Source: Candidatus Eiseniibacteriota bacterium (lineage in GTDB: Bacteria > Eisenbacteria > RBG-16-71-46 > CAIMUX01 > VGJL01). Taken from it: 64,000 nucleotides of DNA. This document shows positions 59,579-64,000 of this stretch, one piece after another. Positions within the stretch are counted from its first letter, which is position 1. Each line of letters begins with the position of its first letter. Location: positions 160,001 through 224,000 of the forward strand of contig CAWBWI010000001.1 of the NCBI GenBank assembly GCA_963792585.1. The letters are read 5' to 3'. Position numbers and translations under genes: made by a program. The notes under the pieces are model-generated. The model was not told where the DNA came from. It saw only the letters and a list, made by a program, of their open reading frames with translations, and did not search any database.

Positions 59579-59641
59579 CGACTCTGAGTCGAACCTCAGC
59601 GTCACGGGGGCGATCTTCTCTCTGCCACGAGAGGGGATCGC
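59579..59641 (+). repeat. Conserved 3' element with hairpin, copy 2
   Basis: GCGATCTTCTCTC-TGCCAC-GAGAGGGGATCGC; homologous to 46760-46822 and at nearly the same distance from the stop. Confidence 0.75.
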
Positions 59642-59969
59642 TCCTTTGCTTCATGCCAAGCCGCATGATCGTGATCCATCAGGGTTGGCACCTGAGTGCG
59701 GGGTGTCGAACCTGGAGAGTTGTTAGTAGACTGTCCTCTCCAGGGAGCCGAGATCGAATCGATCCACGGCTTCGCGAGTCGGGCTTGTTGGAGCGGTGAG
59801 GTCACAGTCGGAAGTCTTTCACCATAGTGTGCCGGCCGCAAGTTCAGGCCCCAGCAATCATCGAGTGCGACGGCAGATCCGGGACTACGCCTCCTCTGGT
59901 GGCGCCCAGGAAGAGAACAGGCTTCCATCACTTCGTTGGCGCCCGTCACCACCGGCAGTGATATAATCT

Positions 59970-60165
59970 TTCCGCCTTCAACTACGCGGATGCGACCGGA
60001 ACGGCACTTACCGTGAGAGCCGCGAGCTTGATCCCGTTGATTTCCGATGAGTCCGAGCAGCGGAACGGGTGATCGTCCGTTCACCCGAGATCACCAATCC
60101 GCTTGAACGCTTGGCGTCATGCTGCTGCTCGGAGGCGACTGGGACAAACGGAAAGGGGCCGCCCG
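59970..60165 (+). ncRNA. Conserved structured 196-nt 5' leader, copy 2
   Basis: Begins just after a perfect extended -10 TGaTATAAT (59959-59967); 7 substitutions and no indels versus copy 1. Confidence 0.55.
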
Positions 60166-63100
60166 ATGATGAATCAAGAGTCGTTGCGGACCGGATGCCT
60201 CTGTTTGGGTCTCTACTTGATGATCGTGGTGCTCTGTCCGGCAATCGGAATTGCTGGCTCGCCGACGCTTGGGACCACTCATCGCGGAAGCGGGCCGCCG
60301 GCGGTGTTGCTCGGGGATAGGGACGGCTGGTGGGACGAGCCTCCGGATCTCAATGGAGAGCCGATGAGTTCGGAGATCATCTCCTCATATGGCTTCGAGA
60401 CCGAAGTCGCCAACGACTGCTATTCTGCGGCGCAGACGACCGTCTATGAAGTCGTGTGGTGGGGAGAATACTTCAGCGGAGATGCCGAACCGAATGTCAG
60501 CGCGTTTAACTTACGGTTCTATGCGGATGCTGGCGGTGTTCCGGGTTCGATCGCGGCCGAGCATCTCGAAGCCGCCCCGACTGAGACAATCGCTCTTGGT
60601 CAGGGCATCGACGGACCGGTCTACGAGTACCATGCAGCCGTGTCGGTCAATATTGGAGTGGGAACCTACTGGTTCTCGGTGCAAGCGTGCGACCACGAAT
60701 TCCCGCCGCAATGGGGTCGCCTCGCAGCAGCGCAGGTGACGGGCAATCAAGCGGCAATTCGCTCCGTCGCATACGGGTTTCCGGACTGGGTTCCTTGCGA
60801 GGAATTCTGGGGATTCCCCCTGGACGCGAGTCAGAGGTTCTATGCAAGCTCGGATCCCGGAGCCTGTTGCTTTGCCGATCTGCTTTGCGAGTTCCTCTTG
60901 CAGGGGGAGTGCGCTCAACTCGGGGGAGCATGGCAGGGACCCGGGAGCGCCTGTGACCCGAATCCCTGCCCATCCAGTCCGCTGGCATGCTGTTTTCCCG
61001 ATGGACACTGTGAGCAGTTGTCTCAGTCTGTCTGCGATGAAGAAGGGGGAATATCGGGTGTAGCGACGGGCTGCGTCCCAAACCCTTGCCCGCCCCCCTC
61101 GAAGGCATGCTGCTTCCTGGACGGGCACTGTGAGTTCACAACGGAAAGCGCTTGCCGCTCCGAAGGCGGAAGGCCCCTAGGTTACCCCAGCACTTGCGAG
61201 CAGGACACCTGTACACCCGGCGCATGCTGCAGTCCGGCAACGGGAAGCTGTCTGCTGGTGACCGAGGACCTTTGCGCGTCCCCCGGCGTGTGGATGGGGC
61301 CCGGTACGGCCTGCCTTCCGAATCCATGCCCTCGACCACCCGGCAGCACGATCGTAGGGTGGGGAGCATCGGTTCTTGTGGAGCCTGACGCGCTCGAGAA
61401 CCTCGTTGCGGTCTCAGCCGGGTTCGGCCACAGCCTGGGTCTGAAGGCGGACAGCTCGATCGTGGCATGGGGAGCCAACTACTCCGGCGAGTGCTATGTC
61501 CCCGATTGGAACGAGGACTTCGTCGCAGCCGCGGCAGGCGGTCAGCACAGCCTGGGCCTGAAGGTCGATGGCTCAATTGTGGCATGGGGTTGGAACAACG
61601 ACGGCCAATGCACTGTGCCCTCACCCAACACCGGGTTCGTCGGCATCGCGGCTGGAGCGGACCATAGCCTGGGTCTCAAGACTGACGGCACCATCGTTGC
61701 TTGGGGGAGCAACAGCTGGGGAAAATGCGATGTTCCCGAACCCAACACCGGCTTCGTCGCAGTCGCTGCAGGGTTCGGACAAAGTCTGGGCCTGAGGGCC
61801 GACGGCTCTATCGCGGCGTGGGGGCGCAACATCGAGGGCGAATGCAACGTGCCGGCGCCGAACACCGAGTTCGTCGCTGTCTCGGCAGGCTATTCCCACA
61901 GCCTTGGTCTCAAGGCCGACGGCACCATCGTTGCTTGGGGGGATAACACCTCCGAGCAGTGCAACGTCCCCGAACCCAATACCGGCTTCGTGGCCGTCGC
62001 AGCAGGGCTACACCACAGCCTGGGCCTGAAGACTGGCGGTACCGTCGTTGCCTGGGGGGACAATTCCTCCGGACTGGGCATCATACCTGCACCCAACACG
62101 AGCTTCACCGCCATCGCGGCAGGGATCGACTACAGCCTGGGTCTGAAGGACTACGGCTCCGTCATGGCATGGGGCGAGGACGGTTCCGGCCAGTGCAACA
62201 TCCCTCCACCCAACGCGGAGTTCATTGCCGCCGCGGTTGGAGACGGACATGTTCTGGCACTCAAGAACGATAGCTCCATCGTCACATGGCCCGACCAGAG
62301 CAGCGTTCCTGAACCCAACACCGGCTTTGTCGCCGTCGCAGGAGGCGGGTGCAGCCTGGGTCTGAAAGCCGATGGATCCATCGTGGCATGGGGGCTCAAC
62401 GACTACGGCCAGTGCAATGTTCCTGCGCCAAACGCCGGCTTCGTCGCCGTCGCGGGGGGCAGGAACCACAGCCTGGGGCTGAAGGCAGATGGCGCCATCG
62501 TGGCATGGGGGGACAACGCCAGCGGCCAATGCACTGTTCCCGCACCCAACACCGGCTTCATCGCCATCGAGGCGGGGGAGAACCACAGCTTGGGGCTCAA
62601 GGCAGACGGCTCCATCCGAGCATGGGGGAGGAACACCAACGGGCAGTGCAATGTTCCTGCACCCAACAACTGCTTCATTGCTGTCGCGGCAGGTGCAAAG
62701 CACAGCCTGGGGCTCACAGTTGACGGCACCATCGTGGCATGGGGTAACAACAACCATGGCCAGTGCTGGGTTCCGGAAGACGGTCCCTTCGTCGCCGTCG
62801 CGGGAGGAAATGAGCACAGCCTGGGTCTCAAGTTCAACGGGACAGTCGTGGCATGGGGATACAACTTCTACGGTCAGTGCAATCAACCAAGAATCAACAC
62901 AGGCATCAGCGGCATCGCGGCAGGCTTTCACAGCAACCTCGTCCTGACTCGTTTGTCGCTTGGTGCTTGCTGCCACGCCGACGGCACATGCACCTTCACA
63001 ACCCAGGAAGGGTGCCAACCTCCAAACATCTACCTGGGAGAGGGAACAAACTGCCGATCCAGCCTGTGTCCGAATTCCACTGTTGACGGAGCTTCTCAGA

Positions 63101-63381
63101 TCGTGGAGTCGCTGGCTCTCACTGTCGCTCCGAGTCCGAGCTCGCAAGACGTCTCGATCCTGTACCGCTCGCCTGTGGCGACGGCTATCTCCTTAGAGGT
63201 GTTCAACGCGGCCGGAGGACTCGTGCGGCGACTGGTGGAGGGTCAGCGGCCGGCTGGGTCCTTCTCGACGCGCTGGGACGGACGGGACGACCGCGGGCGT
63301 GAGGTGCCGACGGGTGTGTACTTCGCGCGCATCGTGACGGCGCGGGGAATGGGGACAGGAAGAGCTGTGATTGCGAGGTGA
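60166..63381 (+). CDS. Modular secreted protein, paralog 2: shared N-domain, 4 GACC repeats, RCC1/BLIP-II repeats, 1 GACC repeat, CTD tail
   Basis: Same N-domain as paralog 1; 13 full HSLGLKxDGxIVAWG repeats of about 40 aa plus a split one; EVFNAAG...WDGRDDRG...TGVY. Confidence 0.9.
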   Translation: MMNQESLRTGCLCLGLYLMIVVLCPAIGIAGSPTLGTTHRGSGPPAVLLGDRDGWWDEPPDLNGEPMSSEIISSYGFETEVANDCYSAAQTTVYEVVWWGEYFSGDAEPNVSAFNLRFYADAGGVPGSIAAEHLEAAPTETIALGQGIDGPVYEYHAAVSVNIGVGTYWFSVQACDHEFPPQWGRLAAAQVTGNQAAIRSVAYGFPDWVPCEEFWGFPLDASQRFYASSDPGACCFADLLCEFLLQGECAQLGGAWQGPGSACDPNPCPSSPLACCFPDGHCEQLSQSVCDEEGGISGVATGCVPNPCPPPSKACCFLDGHCEFTTESACRSEGGRPLGYPSTCEQDTCTPGACCSPATGSCLLVTEDLCASPGVWMGPGTACLPNPCPRPPGSTIVGWGASVLVEPDALENLVAVSAGFGHSLGLKADSSIVAWGANYSGECYVPDWNEDFVAAAAGGQHSLGLKVDGSIVAWGWNNDGQCTVPSPNTGFVGIAAGADHSLGLKTDGTIVAWGSNSWGKCDVPEPNTGFVAVAAGFGQSLGLRADGSIAAWGRNIEGECNVPAPNTEFVAVSAGYSHSLGLKADGTIVAWGDNTSEQCNVPEPNTGFVAVAAGLHHSLGLKTGGTVVAWGDNSSGLGIIPAPNTSFTAIAAGIDYSLGLKDYGSVMAWGEDGSGQCNIPPPNAEFIAAAVGDGHVLALKNDSSIVTWPDQSSVPEPNTGFVAVAGGGCSLGLKADGSIVAWGLNDYGQCNVPAPNAGFVAVAGGRNHSLGLKADGAIVAWGDNASGQCTVPAPNTGFIAIEAGENHSLGLKADGSIRAWGRNTNGQCNVPAPNNCFIAVAAGAKHSLGLTVDGTIVAWGNNNHGQCWVPEDGPFVAVAGGNEHSLGLKFNGTVVAWGYNFYGQCNQPRINTGISGIAAGFHSNLVLTRLSLGACCHADGTCTFTTQEGCQPPNIYLGEGTNCRSSLCPNSTVDGASQIVESLALTVAPSPSSQDVSILYRSPVATAISLEVFNAAGGLVRRLVEGQRPAGSFSTRWDGRDDRGREVPTGVYFARIVTARGMGTGRAVIAR

Positions 63382-63537
63382 CAAGGCAAACTGGAGACGG
63401 CACTTTGGCTCGGGGTCACATTGAGTTCCCAGGCAGTTGCAGCGCGATCGATGGTCGGCTCTGAGGTGAATGCGCTCCCGCTCGGTGTTCAACTGCTGAT
63501 CGAGGTCCAACTGGTACAAGATGAAGGAGGCCGTACG

Positions 63538-64000
63538 ATGCAGAGTCAAGGGTCTTTGCGGATCGGACGCCTGTGCTGGGGTATCTGCTTGAGCTTCATC
63601 ATGCTCTGTCCGGCAGTTGGAATTGCTGGCTTGCCGACGCTTGGGCCCACTCATCGAGCAAGCGGGCCGCCGGCGGTGTTGCCCGGGGATAGGGACGGAT
63701 GGTGGGACGAACCTCCGGATCTCAACGGATGGGCGCTGACGTCAGAGATCATTTCTGCTCTTGGGGTAGTGACCGAGACCGCAAACGACTTCTACTCCTC
63801 ATCGTCGACGCTCATTTATGAAACCGTCTGGTGGGGAGAATACATGGGAGGAGGCGAACCAAACGTCACAGCATTCAACTTGCGATTCTACCATGACGCC
63901 GGTGGCGTCCCGGGTTCCATCGTTGCCGAGTATCTCTCATCCACCCCGACGGAGACGATCGCACTGGGACAGGGCCCCGAGGGACCGATCTACGAGTACC
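63538..64000 (+). CDS. Modular secreted protein, paralog 3 (5' part only)
   Basis: Not in the ORF track; AAGGAGG SD; MQSQGSLRIGRLCWGICLSFIMLCPAVGIAG...DGWWDEPPDLNG...ANDF...WWG...FNLRFY, open to the window end. Confidence 0.88.
   Translation, partial: MQSQGSLRIGRLCWGICLSFIMLCPAVGIAGLPTLGPTHRASGPPAVLPGDRDGWWDEPPDLNGWALTSEIISALGVVTETANDFYSSSSTLIYETVWWGEYMGGGEPNVTAFNLRFYHDAGGVPGSIVAEYLSSTPTETIALGQGPEGPIYEY

Noticed and set aside
46760..59641. 3' hairpins as integron attC sites
   Set aside because: No RYYYAAC/GTTRRRY boxes and no integron integrase seen.
61400..62900. RCC1 or NHL DNA repeats as DGR template/variable repeats
   Set aside because: Differences are not adenine-specific and no reverse transcriptase is present; these are ordinary protein tandem repeats.

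Overview
High-GC bacterial DNA. The many secreted proteins ending in a FlgD-Ig/T9SS-CTD-like tail, and one ending in a 'TWGxxK' tail, suggest an FCB-related candidate lineage such as Ca. Eisenbacteria, Krumholzibacteriota or Latescibacterota (inference only). Left half (1-33.5 kb), core-like genes: a partial hybrid histidine kinase, cysteine synthase, Ser/Thr kinase-ATPase-TPR, SAM-I riboswitch plus metK, efp, amidase, NifU-like protein, UbiE/MenG, MDR oxidoreductase, GT2-acpS-hyp-GT4, HU and tRNA-Gln. This half also holds three notable CTD-tailed secreted proteins: a CLCA-like metalloprotease-VWA protein, a heptaheme cytochrome c and a C25 gingipain-like protease. Right half (after tRNA-Gln), an accessory island-like region: IS and group II intron debris, a PlsC-ACP-AMP ligase fusion, and an array of modular secreted proteins. 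These combine a shared N-terminal domain, 6-Cys 'GACC' repeats, variable passenger domains (beta-helix, RCC1, NHL, FG-GAP) and a sorting tail. Best candidates for something undescribed: this mosaic GACC/CTD surface-protein array, a 196-nt structured 5' leader that is 96% identical before two paralogs, recurring 3' hairpins, a CTD-tagged multiheme cytochrome and the short TWGxxK tail. All calls are by eye; no database searches were run.
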